This document shows positions 20,601 through 34,698 of a stretch of 64,000 bases of DNA, one piece after another. This DNA comes from Craspedostauros australis (lineage: Eukaryota): positions 1 through 64,000 of the forward strand of contig JALAGF010004801.1 of NCBI GenBank assembly GCA_030167865.1. The letters run 5' to 3'. Both the position numbers and the translations under genes were made by a program. The first letter of the stretch is position 1. Each line of letters begins with the position of its first letter. The notes under the pieces were generated by a model. The model was not told the DNA's origin, did not search any database, and worked only from the letters and a program-made list of their open reading frames with translations.

Positions 20601-22478
20601 GCGAGATGATTTCGAACGCCAAATGGAGGCCGCTGATGAATCGGACGGTCCCAGGCGCGAATGCCTTGTCCGATGTGATGAGCTGGCTGTACCCCTCGGG
20701 TCGGATGAAGACCTCGAACAGGAGTTCGCAAACGAGGATGAGCCAAATGACGAAGTTGATGTGCGCCAAGGTGTCGTCAGAGTCGATGGGGAAGAAGGCC
20801 AGCCTTGCCTGATCGATGAACATGTACCACGAGCTGCAGAGGACGATGAGGTTGACCGTCGTCATCCGGAGGCTGAATTCGTACGGTTTCATTCCGTTGA
20901 GCATCAGTCTACCTTGCCGTTGCGCCGAAGAGAAGATCGCCTTGCCAGCGAAATAAACCGGCTGCCCGATGAGGTAGTACAGGATCTCGTATATGCACAG
21001 GAATGGCCACATGAGTACGTAACACAGACAATCAAAGAACTTCTTGCTACCGCTGTCTTCATTCTGGTCGGATGTGGAATCCTTGTTGTTTTGGTCGCGC
21101 TGGTTTTGCTCTTTGAATTCCTTGGCGGCGCGTATCGCTATCTCTTCCATCTCTTTTGACGCTATCCGTTCCATCAATTCTGGAATGGAGAAAACAGAAG
21201 ACAGGAAGGAAGGCGAATTGGATGATGGCGTTTCATGTTGCACGACGTGATGTTGGGTTGATGCACAATGTGGTGAGATGGGAAAGTCAATTCGTCCAAT
21301 AGAAGTTGGTACCGCAGAGTCGGGTTCCAAAGAGCCCATGCACGCACACGCACACACATACGCATATACATATATGCAATTGTGGTCGCTGAGAATGACA
21401 GAGTGGAATCCCAATTTCGCTTTGGCTTTCGCGTCCACTTACCAGCATCACCCCGCATGTCGGCTGAGTTGTGTTCCAGTGTTAGAGTGTAGTAGACAGA
21501 AATCTCTTCAAAATGCACCTGCTTGACTTTGGCGACGGCGTATTCGTAAGGCCCATGCCGTTCGGCGTACGAGGTACCTTCGCCAGGCGGGCATCCGTAC
21601 ATGTTGACTTGCCGGATGCCGCATCGCACGAGGACGTAGTCTCCCAGCTTGTAGCCACGGAAGAGCCTCTTCTTGTCCGGTGTCTCCCGCATCTCAACTT
21701 CCTGGGCGGAACGCGACTTGAGGTTTTTGAAGACGGACGAGCCTCGCGAGAAGGAGGTGGAGAACGGCCTCGATGTGGAGGAGGCGCTGCTGCTGCGCAA
21801 GGTGGAACTGAAGGCGGATGTTGCGCTGCTGGATCGACGCAGGTTGGAAAAGAGCCCCTTCGTGCGATCCTGAGAGAGTATGCCACCGGATCCCGTCTTG
21901 GCTGTGCCATTGCTGCTCGTCGTTGATCCCAGAGATTCCACGCTGCGTTGCTTGTGCCCTTGCAGTCTGGAAACCGCTGATTGACGCAAATTCCCCACCG
22001 ATGATGATTTGTAGCCGCTGTGCGCCGCCGATTGCCTTAACTGATCCACCGAGGTCGGCTGCTGCGAGTACGCTTGCTGGTGCTGCGCCAAGCTGTCGGA
22101 GTGGGCGCGGGCGCCTTGTCTGGGATTGCCGGTCTGTCGATCCGCGGAACTGGCGGATGCAAAATGAGGTCGCATCGCGGCGCTGTTCGCTGGGCCAGTC
22201 GTCGCGGTGATGCCGTTTCCATCGTTGATGGATTCGAAGGAGGATTGAGAGCTGGAGTTCCTGTTGAGCTTGTGCTTGCGCATGAAGTTCTGCGGATGAC
22301 CGGCGGCGGCTGCTCCGTTGGTGACTATTCCAGACGGCACAGCGTTGCTGTGGGTGGAGTTGTGACTCGTTCGGGGGCTTGGCCTGTTGGAATCCCCGTC
22401 CTTTAGGGACATCGAAATGGACTTGCTGAAGTCATCTGATGTCTCCTCCACCAGCGTTGGCAGAGCATAGTTGTTCAT
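17683..22478 (-). CDS. Membrane adenylyl-cyclase-like protein (ion-channel-like TM region + class III cyclase + TPR-like tail); exons 22478-21443, 21179-19592, 19363-17683
   Basis: Phase-compatible GT-AG introns; TM helices with S4-like RLRVFGLVR; LVLNPLRSML, WAVEGAVGSEYKIDATYLSPHVNMASRM, DRVTVKGS, C-terminal W.GW..L.SK as in ciliate/apicomplexan cyclases. Confidence 0.85.
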
Positions 22479-23515
22479 TGTGCTTTCACTTTCACTTTCA
22501 CTTCCGTGTTGGCCGTGTTTACTCGTCTCTGGCTATGCCTGTATTCGTGTGTATGTGTATTCGTGTGTATATGTATGTATATGTATGCGTTTGTGCGTGT
22601 GTGATAGCCTGCTCGTGTTGCTCCCAAGCGGTGCGATCACAAATGCGAGTGTGGCTGATCCAGGCGATGCTGCTCGCGCTCTTTTGTTTGCGTTTGTGTT
22701 TGTGGAGTTCCGTGGTTTGCGCTCAGGTGACCCTCCTCTCGTCGCTGCTGTCTGTCTGTGTGTATGTGTGTGCATGTGCTGCGTGATTGCGGTGTCAACT
22801 CTGCAGCGGTTTCCTGCGCAGATGGTTGTCTGGATGGAGGGAGATCAGCACAGCCGAAACAAAGCAATCCAAACCAAAGCAAACTCAAGCAACGCAACGC
22901 AACGAGACTCAGACAGGGAGATGTCGTTGTTTGATGTATGCGTTGGTGTGAATGTGAATGTAGTTGCTGCCTTTGTGGTTGAGTTTGATCTGTGCTTTGC
23001 GGTAGTTCCTTTCTCTCTCGTCCGCCTTGTTCTGCGTGCCCCTGTGTGCTCTGTTGCTCCTTCCACAGGAGCTGTTCCGGCCTTGGCCTTCGCTGCCACT
23101 CTGCTTTGTTGGTCTTGTTAGTCTTGTTCCTCCCTCCGTGCTGTTTCTTTCTCTGTGCAGCGTTGCCGCCCCTCTTTCCACCCAACTTTTCGCGGCTGGT
23201 TGCGCGAGTGTTCGTGTTGGGCGTTTTGCTACTGTGTCCGTTTCGGTTCCAAGTTTTCTCCATCTTGTACGCTTTCTCGTTTCCTCGCGTGAAAACAACA
23301 CAACCAACGAACCCAGACACACACGCAAATGACCATTCCGACCAGTTTGATTGAAGCAAAGTGAACACGACGACCAACACGGAAATCTCCAAGTTATCCA
23401 CGATCCAACGAAAACGGGACCGGGCTGAATTGCTGATTGTGCGAGGCAAACCACGAGCCATCTCCCGCGTCATGTTGAGTGCAGAGTGCGAGCAATTCTA
23501 ACACCGGAGTTAAGA

Positions 23516-26500
23516 TTAGCTTGTGATCATCTTCTGGGTTGTGCCGATGGCGCCATCATCGTCTCCACCATTCGCCATGCTGCCGCTGTCCATGTCCACC
23601 AACGCCGCTTGGTGTTGAACGAACTCGAGGTTGTAACGATTCTCGTCACAGATGGTCTTCAGTTCGTCGTGTTTCGTCTGCACCGCCTTGTGCAGCGCCC
23701 GGAACGATCGCATGAAGCTGCCGCGATGTCGCTCCATGTGAAGTCCGTGGCTGTGAAGCAGCTGGGTGCACCACTCGAGGTAGAATTCGATGTGCGGGGA
23801 TCGTGACATGACCTTCGTGAGGAACTGCATCAGCCGTTCGAGATGGAATTGATGCACGCCTCTGGCGGCCAGCTGGATGGAGTCGAACGGTGTGTTGTCG
23901 AGCACGTCGCGCACGAGACCGTACTCGTTCAGGTGCAGGGCCATCATGAGCGCGCTGCCGAAGTCGCCTGTCGCGATCTTCCTTTCCACGAGCGACGGCG
24001 TGATGTCCTCCGTCAACGAGATGGGATCGAACATCATATCATCGTCCAGCGAGTACACGTGCAGACCTTCCATGGAGACCGCCGCCCATTCACGACCAGT
24101 TGATGAGAAGGACACCTGGGAGGTGAGAACCTCAACGCGGCTCGTCCGTGATCCATCGTCGCCTCGTCGGGCTCCTGGGAGACGGATGGCGTTGTAGGTC
24201 GTCTCGTCGCCTGAGTCGGCATGGTCGTCCACAGGACCGTATTGCGTGAGCTTGGAAGAGTTCAGCTGTGTTGCGCAATTGTGGCACGGCGCAAGTTGTT
24301 CAAACGCAAGAGCAAGTGAAATCCAAGCAAGAGCATGATGAAACAGGGATAAGCAGAAATGAGAGAGGCAGTGAATAGAGCGTGTGAGTCCGTAGCTCGT
24401 CTCGTTCGTTCAAGCACGTTTTGTAGCCGTTGTCTCATTGTCGACTGCGCTTCACCGCGCCGCATCTCGTCATATTGCATCTCTTCTCATCGTCCATTCT
24501 TTGGCATGTTGGCATGGGTATCGTTGGGAGGTTACGCTCAGACATCCAAGGAAGTTAAAATTGGCTCCAAAGGGGGTCTAATCCCGTCAGCTGCTTACTG
24601 CGTACGGTTTATGGGAAAGTCATCGATCATCGCGTTCCTTCTTTCCTCAACGATGTGCGTACGCACATGCCCAGAGCCGTGGATCATGCGCATCTGAATG
24701 AATGCTGATGAATGATGCGATGTGACGAGATGGAGTTCGATGCGATGTTGTGGTGATGGCAGACAACACAGCATGGACAGGCAAGTGGCAACAGCGCAGA
24801 ATCAAACAACACGTGCGCATGCACAAGCACATGCACGCAAAAGATGCAATGCATAGTCATATTTGTGTTCTTTCCGTTGACCTACCTGATCAAGAACTCC
24901 GTCAAGACTTCGGTTGTATGTGACTTGGAACTTCTTCAGCAGCATCTGCTGGGAGACTTCGTAGATGCAGACGAACTTGGAGTTGCCACCTGCGAGGACG
25001 CAGCTGCCGTCTGCTGTGTAGCAGATGGAAGTGAAGTAGCGTGACGACGCGTTGTTGTTGGAGGCCATGCGGTCGTTCATCTTGCGACCGCCGGAGATGT
25101 CGCGGCGTCCGTCGATCTCGAATTTAAGCTTGGCGGACTCCACGTCCCAGAAGCTGAGGAGGCCACCGATGGTGCCGGTGCAGATCTCCTTGCCGTCGGG
25201 TCGCCAGGAGAGGCAGACCACGTCCGTGGCGTGCTGCAGGCTCTCTGTTGGGACGTCGCCCTTGTACAAGTCCCAGAGCTTCACCGTGCCGTCCCAAGAG
25301 GCGCTGGCCAAGATGCCTCCCGTGGCTTGGAAGCCAAGGTTGATTACGGGACCTTGGTGGCCTGTGAAGACATCCAGGAGCTTGCCGGTTTGCAAGTTCC
25401 AGGCGTAGACGTGGAAGGGATCCATGGATCCGGCCGTCACGATCTCTCCGCTGGGATCGACCGCCAAGCTGACGAATTGCGTGGGCTTGGGGGAGGTGAA
25501 TGTCTTGAAGGTCCTGTATCTGTGCAGGTCGTGCGCTCGCACTGTACCGTCCAGGCCCGCGCTGAGCACGACACTGGAGTTGGCGAAGCAAACTGCCGTG
25601 ACGGCTGCTTGATGCGACTGTTCCATTGTGACGTAGCAGAAGCCACTGGTAGCGTTCCACAGCTTGATCTTGCCATCATCGCCACCGGTGCAGACGACCA
25701 CACCATCCGGTGAGTACGACATGCATCGCATCCCGTAGGCGTGGCCGCGTTGCTTGAGGATGTAGCTTTCGGAGCGCCACTCCCACACGAGGAGTTGCTG
25801 CGAGGACGGACATCCCAACGCCAGCCATTCCCCGCTCTCGTTGAGCTCACAGCACCGGATGAGCTGGTCTGAGCCGACTGACAGCGTGTGGATGTTGGAG
25901 ACGGATGGCATTTCGTAAAGACCGAAGATTCCCGATGAAAATCCGACTGCGAGAATCTGGGAGTGCCTCGAGTAGGACGTGGTCATCGTGTCGGCACCAT
26001 CCTGCTTGAAGTAATGGCGAGACTTGACGGACCATTTGGCATTGACCAGGTGGTTCGATTGGTGCCTGTGAGCGCCGGCACTGTCCCCGGACGATCCGAA
26101 GGGCAGCGCGTTAGCGGAAGATGGCGCGCCACCAGAGAAGAAGTCCACGGCCTGGTCCACCTTGGCAGTGAAGTCAGCTGGTGGGGCGTCGATGTCTTCG
26201 GTCGGGAAGCCGCTGGTGCCATCCTTGTTGTTATTGTTGTTGTTGGCCTTGTCTTGTTCAAGGTCCCACGTGACGAGCGCGCCGTCTTGGCTGATGGTGT
26301 AGCACCCGTCAATGCGTTTGTTCTGGTTGTAAGTGAAGTAGGCACCGACCACGGGGGTCCTGTGACCGCTGAGCGTGACGGGGACGTAGTTGAGGGTGGT
26401 GTGCACGGTCCATATTCTGACGGTGCAATCTCTGCTGGCACCCATCAGAACCGACGAGTCCGTGCTCCATTCCAGATGCACGATGTCGTCGGATTGGCCC

Positions 26501-26970
26501 GTGTACGTTCTGTGGCTGACGAGGCCGGCGAACTCCTTGCGCAGGTGGTTGGGAGTGCACCACACCTGCACCTGCTTGCCCACCGTGACGGCGAAGTACT
26601 TGCCGCAGGGGGAGAAGACGATGTGGCGGACCTTCCGTTTGAAGTTGAAACGTTCCAGGACTACGCCGCGCTTGAAGTTGATGAGCATGGCGCAGTTCCG
26701 AACGTCAACAACGATCAGGAGGGTATCATTTGGGGACAGCACGAGGCAGGATATGTTGGACCGGGCCTCGATGGGGAGAGTGCGGACCGTGTGGGAGTGC
26801 AGATCAAGGATCTGGACACGGTTGGACACGGCTGAGATCAAGGTGTTGCCATTGGACGTGTAGACGAGGTTGGACCCGTTGCCCCTGCCTCCGGATCCAA
26901 GATTGTCGCTGGCTGTGGGATGACCGTAGTAGGCACCGCAAAGACGATGCAGCTTGTAATTGAACTTCAT
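23516..26970 (-). CDS. PWP2: Periodic tryptophan protein 2 (UTP1), SSU processome WD40 protein; exons 26970-24886, 24265-23516
   Basis: MKFNYKLHRLCGAYY, QLLVWEWRSESYILKQRGH, HDLHRYRTFKTF; spliced NRSLDGVLDQ|LNSSKLT; Utp12-like end (PHIEFYLEW, NRYNLEF). Confidence 0.95.
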
Positions 26971-27633
26971 GGCACAAGTAATTGCGCGGTTCAGGCTCCT
27001 GCAGATGCCAAGGCGATTGATGCCTGAGATGGTGGAGTTTGGGGATGAGCAATCATTTTGAGCCCGATGTTGTAAATGTGAGATGATGAACCCTCTTGTG
27101 ATCTTTTGGGTGCGATGTTGATGTGTGATGTCTCATTTCGTTTTTTTGTCGACATGGATGCGATGAATGGTGATCGTGGTGGTTGGAGAAACGGATGATG
27201 GCAAGACGGATACGATGACAAGTAGTAATGTGACAATTGGATTTTCTCGTGGCGTTGGACTTCTACTATTCTCCGGATGATCGGAGGGTGCAACCGCAGA
27301 GTACTCGGATCTTGGACGTTGCAGGCGCAAGTCCATTGGGGCTGATATACGCATGGTTAGTCTTTGCAACGGAGAGACTCGAGTCATAGAGTACGACCAT
27401 GAAGGGGTAGAGCTACAAGGAGATATGACATGTGTTGTATATGTAGCGCAGTATGGTGCTAATAGCTCTTTACTCTTGTACGAACACTCGTATCGCCATC
27501 GCCAAATCGTCAACGTTTACGTCAATGTCATAATTATCTCGCTGCCAAAGTCGTGCTGACAGTGCAAGGTGGTGCTGGCGAACGTTGGAGTTGTGCCTTC
27601 GAATCCGCTTGATTGTGATTCTGTTTGGAACAG

Positions 27634-29794
27634 TTACAGATCGTAGTTCAAAAGCTGGCCTTCGAAGTTGATGCCCTCGGAGAAGACGCGGAAAGATGAG
27701 GCAATGAAACGGAGGTCTTCTTCTGTCTTCTTGTATCTGTGATTACAGTTGTAGTTGCAGTCAATAGATCCAGCAATGCACGACATTCGTAATTGGGAAG
27801 GGGGAGACGGAGAGGAAGAGAGGAGATGGGATGTGGCGATTGAAGTGTGAGGTGTTGGTTGTGTAAGCGCAATCAGAGAGAGAGAGAGAGACAGGGATGG
27901 GCAAGGACAACAGGGCTGAATGCGCTTGTCTTCGTTCTTTCCATTGAATGCTGCCTTGCATGTCGCTAGCGTGGGTATCGTTGATGTCCCTGTTGCCATT
28001 TCGCATCCTGCTTCACATGCAGACAAAGCAGCCGACCAACAATCAGCCGACCAAACATCCAGCGAAAGAATTTAATGCATGCATCCATTAGCGCGAGCGA
28101 ATGCGATGCACAACAGGACATGGCACAGCCGTACCTCAGAGCAGTGCTGGCGCACCAAAGAACCTCGATGGCTGGACCGGAGCTGGTGATGGCGGCGACA
28201 CCCTTTCTGTCCACCTCGAATCCTGCACCCGTCAGGAGCTGGTATTTGAAGTCACAGATGACGTAGTCCCTGCCCTCGTACTCTGGGCCCGTCTGTGGGA
28301 CGACCTTGGTGACCTTGAAGTCCTGGTAGATGTTGGATCCCTTCTGGGAGATGGCCTTTTGCAGCACCTCCTGGTACAGTGGCTTGCCCTGGGAGGCGAG
28401 ATTCTTTTTGGAGCAGAGTAGTGGGGCATTTGCGAGGTGTACATCGAAGAAGGAAGGAAGGAAGCAAGTTGTTAGCATTTCGCAACAACAGTTTGTGGTG
28501 CGAGACGGGCTTGCAAACGGTAAGTATTCCAACTTGGCGATGTCAACCGCGGTTGACCGTGTCGCTTGCGTCGTACTGTATTGTGCTGCTCCGTGTGAAA
28601 CTGCGTACAACAACACAACAGTACTCAGTGCTCAGTCCTCATCACTAGCATGCATATGGTGTGGTGCGATGGATAAACACCTGGGCGACTAAGGATGCAA
28701 CCAAACATCAACGCAAATCAACAGCAAAGACAGTGACGAAAGGAACGTACATCGACATGCCCCGGAGCCTCGTAGACGAAGAAGGTGGCGGTGTCACCCT
28801 TGGCATATTCACCAGCCTGGACGGTTCCATCCTCTCCGTTGGAATCGTTGCTTGGTGTTGTGACGACCCAAGTCACTGGATGGCAGAACTGAACGAGCAG
28901 TGGGAAGCGGTTCTTTCCGCGTCCCCAGACTTCCAGGAGCGGGGTGAAACCATTCGGTGGCTTGGCAACCAATGGAAGTCCGTATCTGTTTGTTTTCAAG
29001 GAATGGCCGACGACGGATGGGCAAGCAATCAAGCAAATGTGCGGTGTTTGCGGAAATGCAAAACGAAAAGGTTGAGTTGAGTAATCAAGATGCGAGCAAG
29101 GCTTTATTGCAATTCATCGATTCAGCAGTGCATCAATCCATCGATCGATCGAACGTCGCGTCTGTTATTCATTCATTTGTTCTTTCTTTCCTTCTCTTTT
29201 ATTGCATGTGTTTGATGCGTAGAAGCATCGGCGCTTGCGTTCAACCACCTGCACATGTCAGATCTGGCACAGTCCAGTCCGATGTGAATGTGATCCGATG
29301 CGATCTCATCCATTTCCTTTCCTTCCCTGTTCTTTTAAGAGACCAATTTGGCGTCGTCGTCAGCAACTGTGTCCCTCCGACCACACTCCTTGCCGCGGTC
29401 ATGATGCCGATCGCCGCATGGCCTCGCAAAGTATGATGAGCACAAGAGTGGCAACAACAATCACAATCGCAATCATATTCACGGCATAATCCAAAAACCG
29501 AGCACAATTTGATGCGACACGATACGATACGACACGACACTGTATCGGCACCCACCCTCGGAGCTTGGAGTTGACCTTGTCCATTCCACCGACGGCGTTG
29601 GATGGGGTTGGCGCCAGCAGCACGCCGCTGCCAAGTCCGGCAGCCGCGACGGACTTGGTGAAGAATTCGCGACGGGAATCGGTCGTCATGTCGAGATCGG
29701 TGTTGCTGCGTCGCGTCTTCATCTGACGGAAGGAGAAGGCTGCACCTGTGTTGGCCAGCAGGGCGACGAGGAGGGAGACGCAAAGGATCTTCAT
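27634..29794 (-). CDS. PsbP-domain-like thylakoid lumen protein; exons 29794-29556, 28985-28751, 28403-28135, 27736-27634
   Basis: Signal peptide + GAAFS, twin-Arg SRREFF, SNA cleavage site; three phase-compatible GT-AG introns; C-terminal LRFIASSFRV resembles PsbP-family ends. Confidence 0.75.
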
Positions 29795-30470
29795 GGTGCC
29801 GTTGGTGGTTTTGGATTGATCAGAAGTATGATAGCTTTGGGACTGTCTGTGGCCTCGAGTCTCTTTGACGATGGATTTGGACTGATCTGGTACTGAGTTG
29901 TGGAGGATGCGGTTCTTATTTCAGAGAGATGAAGTTGCCGTTGATGTCGACGACAGTTGACGCCGATCACGTTGATGGTACCAAGGATACGGCAACAACA
30001 ACGAAGGGGCACAACAACACCACACAGAGGGGCGTGACTCATGTCAAACCTCGTTCGTTTTGGTTTTGATGGGTTGGTTCATCCCCAACGTCATCGTGAC
30101 CACCACAACGAATCTTTCCTGACTCGTTGTCAAGTGTCACTCTCTAGAGTATCCCATCGAAGCTAGAGACGGGTGGGTGGTTTTCGCTGGGGACGTGATT
30201 GGACATGTTCGGCAAGGATCATCGAAACAGGCAAACAGAGGCAAAAGCAATGCAAAGCATGGCGTGGGGAGTCCGCAATGTACTCTAATCGTCGACAGTG
30301 CAAGCCACATATTACATTCAAAAGATCTCCATGTTTGATTGTTTGTTTGAGTTTCATTAAAAAGCAGAAGAGTATGGTACCTTCCGAACAAGATGGTGGT
30401 GAGAAGGTGGGACCGTTGAGTTGTTGGGTTGGGTTGCATTGTCTTGGGTGTCTTTTACGGTCCGGTCAGT

Positions 30471-32426
30471 TTAGGCCTTGGAGTACGCCAATCCGTCGCC
30501 GTGCTCCTTGACCCACTCGTCGTTGGCGAACGGGTCTCCGCTCCATGACTTCTGGAAGGCAGCCTCGGCATCGAAGCTGTCTGGGTTGTCGATGCGGTCC
30601 TCGATGTTCTTCTTGAAGTGACGCAGGAGGCCCTGGACGGGCCAGGCGGCGGCATCTCCGAGAGCGCAGATGGTCTGTCCTTCGATCTGGCGGGAGATCT
30701 CCTCGAGCATCGGGATCTCGCGCTTGTCGGCGTCGCCCTTCTCCATGCGGATGAGGACGTCCTCCAGCCAGGAGGTTCCCTCACGGCAGGGTGTGCACTG
30801 TCCGCACGATTCGTGCTTGTAGAAGTGGGAGAGACGGCGGATGGCACCGACCATGTCGACGGAGTCGTCGAACATGGTCACAGCGGCGGTACCCAGACCG
30901 GATCCCTTGGAGCGGAGATCGTCGAACTCCATGAGGGCCTCGTCGCACTGGTCCCTGTTGAGCACTGGGACGGAGGAACCTCCGGGGATGCATGCCTGCA
31001 GTGAGTTCCATCCGTTCCTCATGCCGCCGCAGTGCTTCTCGATAAGCTCCTGCAGTGGGATGGACATGCTCTCCTCGACGACCTTGGGACTCTTGACGTG
31101 TCCGGAGATGCCGAAGAGCTTGGTTCCACGGTTGTTCTCGTTTCCGAACGAAGCGAACCAGGAAGCGCCACGACGCAGGATGGTGGGGGCAACAGCGATG
31201 GTCTCGACGTTGGTGACAGTGGTTGGGCAACCGAAGACGCCGACGCCAGCTGGGAACGGTGGCTTGAGGCGTGGCTTTCCCTGACGACCCTCCAAACTCT
31301 CGATGAGGGCGGTTTCCTCACCGCAGATGTAGGCACCTGCTCCGCGGTGGAGGTAGATGTCGTAGTCGTATCCGGATCCGCAGGCGTTTTTGCCGAGAAG
31401 GCCGGCCTCGTACGCCTCGTGGATCGCCTCATCGAGCACAACGGCTTCGTTGAAGTATTCTCCGCGGATGTAGATGTACGCAGCACGAGCACGCATGGCG
31501 AAACCAGCGAGCAGACATCCTTCGACGAGCTTGTGCGGGTCCTTGCGCATGATCTCGCGATCCTTGCAGGTTCCCGGCTCGGACTCGTCAGCGTTGACAA
31601 CAAGGAAGGATGGACGGCCATCGGTCTCCTTGGGCATGAAACTCCACTTCAACCCGGATGGGAATCCAGCTCCGCCGCGTCCGCGAAGTCCGGAGTCCTT
31701 GATCTCCTGGACGATCCAGTCGGGTCCCATCCACATGATCTCCTTGGTGAGGTGGTAGTCTCCGCGAGTCAAGGCATCCTTCAAACGCCAATCCTGCTCT
31801 CCGTATAGATTTGTGAATATTCTGTCCTGGTCGGAAAGACCTCCGTACGCTCTGCGATTATCAATTGAGTTGCGTTGTGTTGGTTCCATTACAATACGTA
31901 GGTTTCAATCAGTTGCAATGGGTATGGGTATTGTCGATTGTCGTGCCATAGTTGTTCGTCCAGTGGTCAATCAAAGGCACCACCGTCATGATGGGAGGAG
32001 CATAAGATGATGTTGATGGGTTGTTTTAGTTCGTTGGCGTTTTGCATGATGCAAATTGCATTTCGCGTTGTCGTTGCACACCACATGCGAGTCAAAACGT
32101 CAGCGACGTTTGATTGCAAAGGTCCACATGATCATCGTCGTCATCATTGTTGTTGCCAGGAAGATGATCGCCGATGATGATGTTGTTGTGTCCGGCAGCG
32201 TGTATCACGAGTTGGAACAGAGCAAGAGTACAGTATTTTGTGAGTTGGAATACATAAATTGAAGTTGTACGAATACGAAAATGAAGATCGCGCACGCCAA
32301 AGACAAGATGATCCAAGCTACGCACCCGCTTCCGGCAAGGACCTCAGCTTGGGAGGCCAAGGACCGCGCGCCCTTTCGGGCAAAGGTCTGAGTTGCCCGT
32401 CGGCTGATTGCTGCTGCGAACGACAT
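30471..32426 (-). CDS. NDUFV1: Complex I 51 kDa flavoprotein subunit; exons 32426-32326, 31851-30471
   Basis: [61 protein letters not shown]; exon 1 encodes a mitochondrial presequence; GG|GTGCGT...cgcag|A in phase. Confidence 0.98.
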
Positions 32427-32936
32427 GGTTGGTCTCGTCTCCTTTCGTCCCCCAAGAGGTTTGTGTGCGCAGTTGGTGCAGTTCGACTTGTCTCTCTGTC
32501 GCCTCCGAGCTGGTTGGGTTGGGGATGCTGACTTGCCGCTGATGTCGCTGCTTTTGTTGGTGTTTCTGTCGGTCTCACAACAACAGAGCGATGGCCATGG
32601 TGGCGGAACCGAAATCTCATGCGCCGCTGCTGATGAAGTCGTTCGCGAAAATCGACTCATGCGATTCAAACATTTTCCGCCAGATTCTCATTTTCCTCGT
32701 TGGTTGAAGGGGAATCATGGATGTTCGGCGATCTTTGGTGTCGGCTCTCCGCATCCAACTCTTGTGTGTGTGAGGATGAGATTCTGTCCTCACAACACCT
32801 TGTTGACTTCATTCCTCGCAACGCAGAAGTCCGAGTCATTGCGTTTGCAGACAAGCAATCACTCAATCGATCTTCGTCATCAAGTCCAAGCAATAAAAGA
32901 GATACGAAAAGAGATAGGGAAAGTGGGAGGCAGAAC

Positions 32937-33842
32937 ATGAAAATTTCGAAACGATCGTCGACGAAGCCGAGAGCAGGATGCACGACAACGCTATCGATCA
33001 TGGTGCTGATCATCATGTCTCTCGATGTGATTAAGTTCGGCAGATGCAGCGTGGCAAGGAATGGTGGCATGACGGTGGCAGCATTCATGCAGCAGCAGGT
33101 ACCAAGGCATGCCATTTGCAACGGCATCGGACGAGTGCAGCGCGCTGCGAATGTGAAGCTCTCATTGACAAACGCGAGAAGCAATGATGGCGATGACGGC
33201 AGTGGTACCGGTACTCATGCTGCAATGCATACCAGGTCCAATCCATTGTCCAATCCATTGTGCATCAACGAGGAAGCACGAAGAGGAACCTCGATTAGAC
33301 GCCAAGACGAATCGATGAGCCGGCGGCGATCGATGCTCGTTGCTCCGCTGGCACTCGCGGGTATGATGACAGTGTCGTCATGGTCCACACCCCAATCGGC
33401 CAACGCGGCCATGAAGAATACGCAGACGGTGTTCAAGGTTGGTACTCAGTTGACCTTGCCGGAAGCGAAGGATCGGTTCCGTGAAGGACGTAAGAGCATG
33501 CAGTACCTTCTGGACAATTACGATGAGGTTTGCGAAGGTGGCGGGGACAATGTGCGTCGGTACCTTGGCACAGTCGGAACCTCATCGGGCATGTTCGGTA
33601 TCAGCAAGGTCATGAAGACGCTCATGGAGGAAGCGGATGATATTGTGGAGTACACGGAGACGATGGCAGAGATAGAAAAATGCGTGCAGCAGGCGGATGG
33701 GAGCGCCTACATGGCCATCTTCGTCACCACCTCCACATCCTACACTCCGCCAGCCAAGTACTTTGGGGATGCGAAGATTGAGATCAAGCGAGGCATCAAG
33801 GCCATGGATGACCTCGCGAAGCTGATCAACCTCGAGCTGTAG
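32937..33842 (+). CDS. Predicted thylakoid-lumen (Tat) helical protein of unknown function
   Basis: Hydrophobic leader + VAAF, SRRRSML + hydrophobic stretch + ANA cleavage; mature domain with GDNVRRYLGTVG. Start codon uncertain. Confidence 0.75.
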   Translation: MKISKRSSTKPRAGCTTTLSIMVLIIMSLDVIKFGRCSVARNGGMTVAAFMQQQVPRHAICNGIGRVQRAANVKLSLTNARSNDGDDGSGTGTHAAMHTRSNPLSNPLCINEEARRGTSIRRQDESMSRRRSMLVAPLALAGMMTVSSWSTPQSANAAMKNTQTVFKVGTQLTLPEAKDRFREGRKSMQYLLDNYDEVCEGGGDNVRRYLGTVGTSSGMFGISKVMKTLMEEADDIVEYTETMAEIEKCVQQADGSAYMAIFVTTSTSYTPPAKYFGDAKIEIKRGIKAMDDLAKLINLEL

Positions 33843-34698
33843 CCAGAGCTGAAGCAAACGGTGTAGCGGCTATTGCTCTTTCTCTTGGTGCTGGTGTTGC
33901 TATCGATTAGTAGTATAGTAGTGCGCAAGAAGAAGAAAGTAAACGAAGCAATCGTGGCGGTCCTGCCTCGTGTGTTCTCAAACTAGACGGACATGTCGAA
34001 GCATTGCGCACGTAGAGTTGTTCCCTCGCCAGATTGAAAAGATCAAGCATAATATTACATTAGATCGTAAGAATGCAGGTACGACCTATTATACGCGTAT
34101 GGCACACAACGCCTCTCGAGCACAAGTCCATGAGCCCACCCTTCCTCCGTCTCCGCTTTGGAAGCCAACTGCACTGTCAGTGTAGCCTTTCATAAGCTCC
34201 CGACCTGGGGATCTTTGCCTTGTTGCACTTTTGTGAAACTCGCTGGATTGAGTTACGCGAGGAGGGGGGAAGTCACAGCCACATGCACGGACAATGAAAA
34301 GGCTGATGACACAAAACTTGGCGACGGAGATCGAGGGAAGGTCTCTCCATGTCATCGTCGCTGTTGCTATTGTTCCTGTTGTCGTCAACTTGATGAACCA
34401 TCCGCAAGCAGCCAATCGTTCGTGAACACAACCAATTCAAGACAACACCACAAACACAAACACGAAACAGGCCAGAACCCAACAAGGCTTGACTTGAGTA
34501 CGAGCCAAGGCATGGGCACACAGCTGCAATCGTACTCTGCGAAGGTAGACAAAGTCACAGCAAGACAGTCTTGAACCGAATCTACGCTCTTTCTGTGGCG
34601 AGAGACAGAGAGAGAGAGCCTAATACCACGCATGCCTACGTGTATTACGACTATACTCTGCATACCATAGTCGCACATATAATACCTCAAGAGGCAAG

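Noticed and set aside
22471-23473. Several 100-280 aa ORFs
   Set aside because: Microsatellite-rich intergenic/UTR sequence with low-complexity translations.
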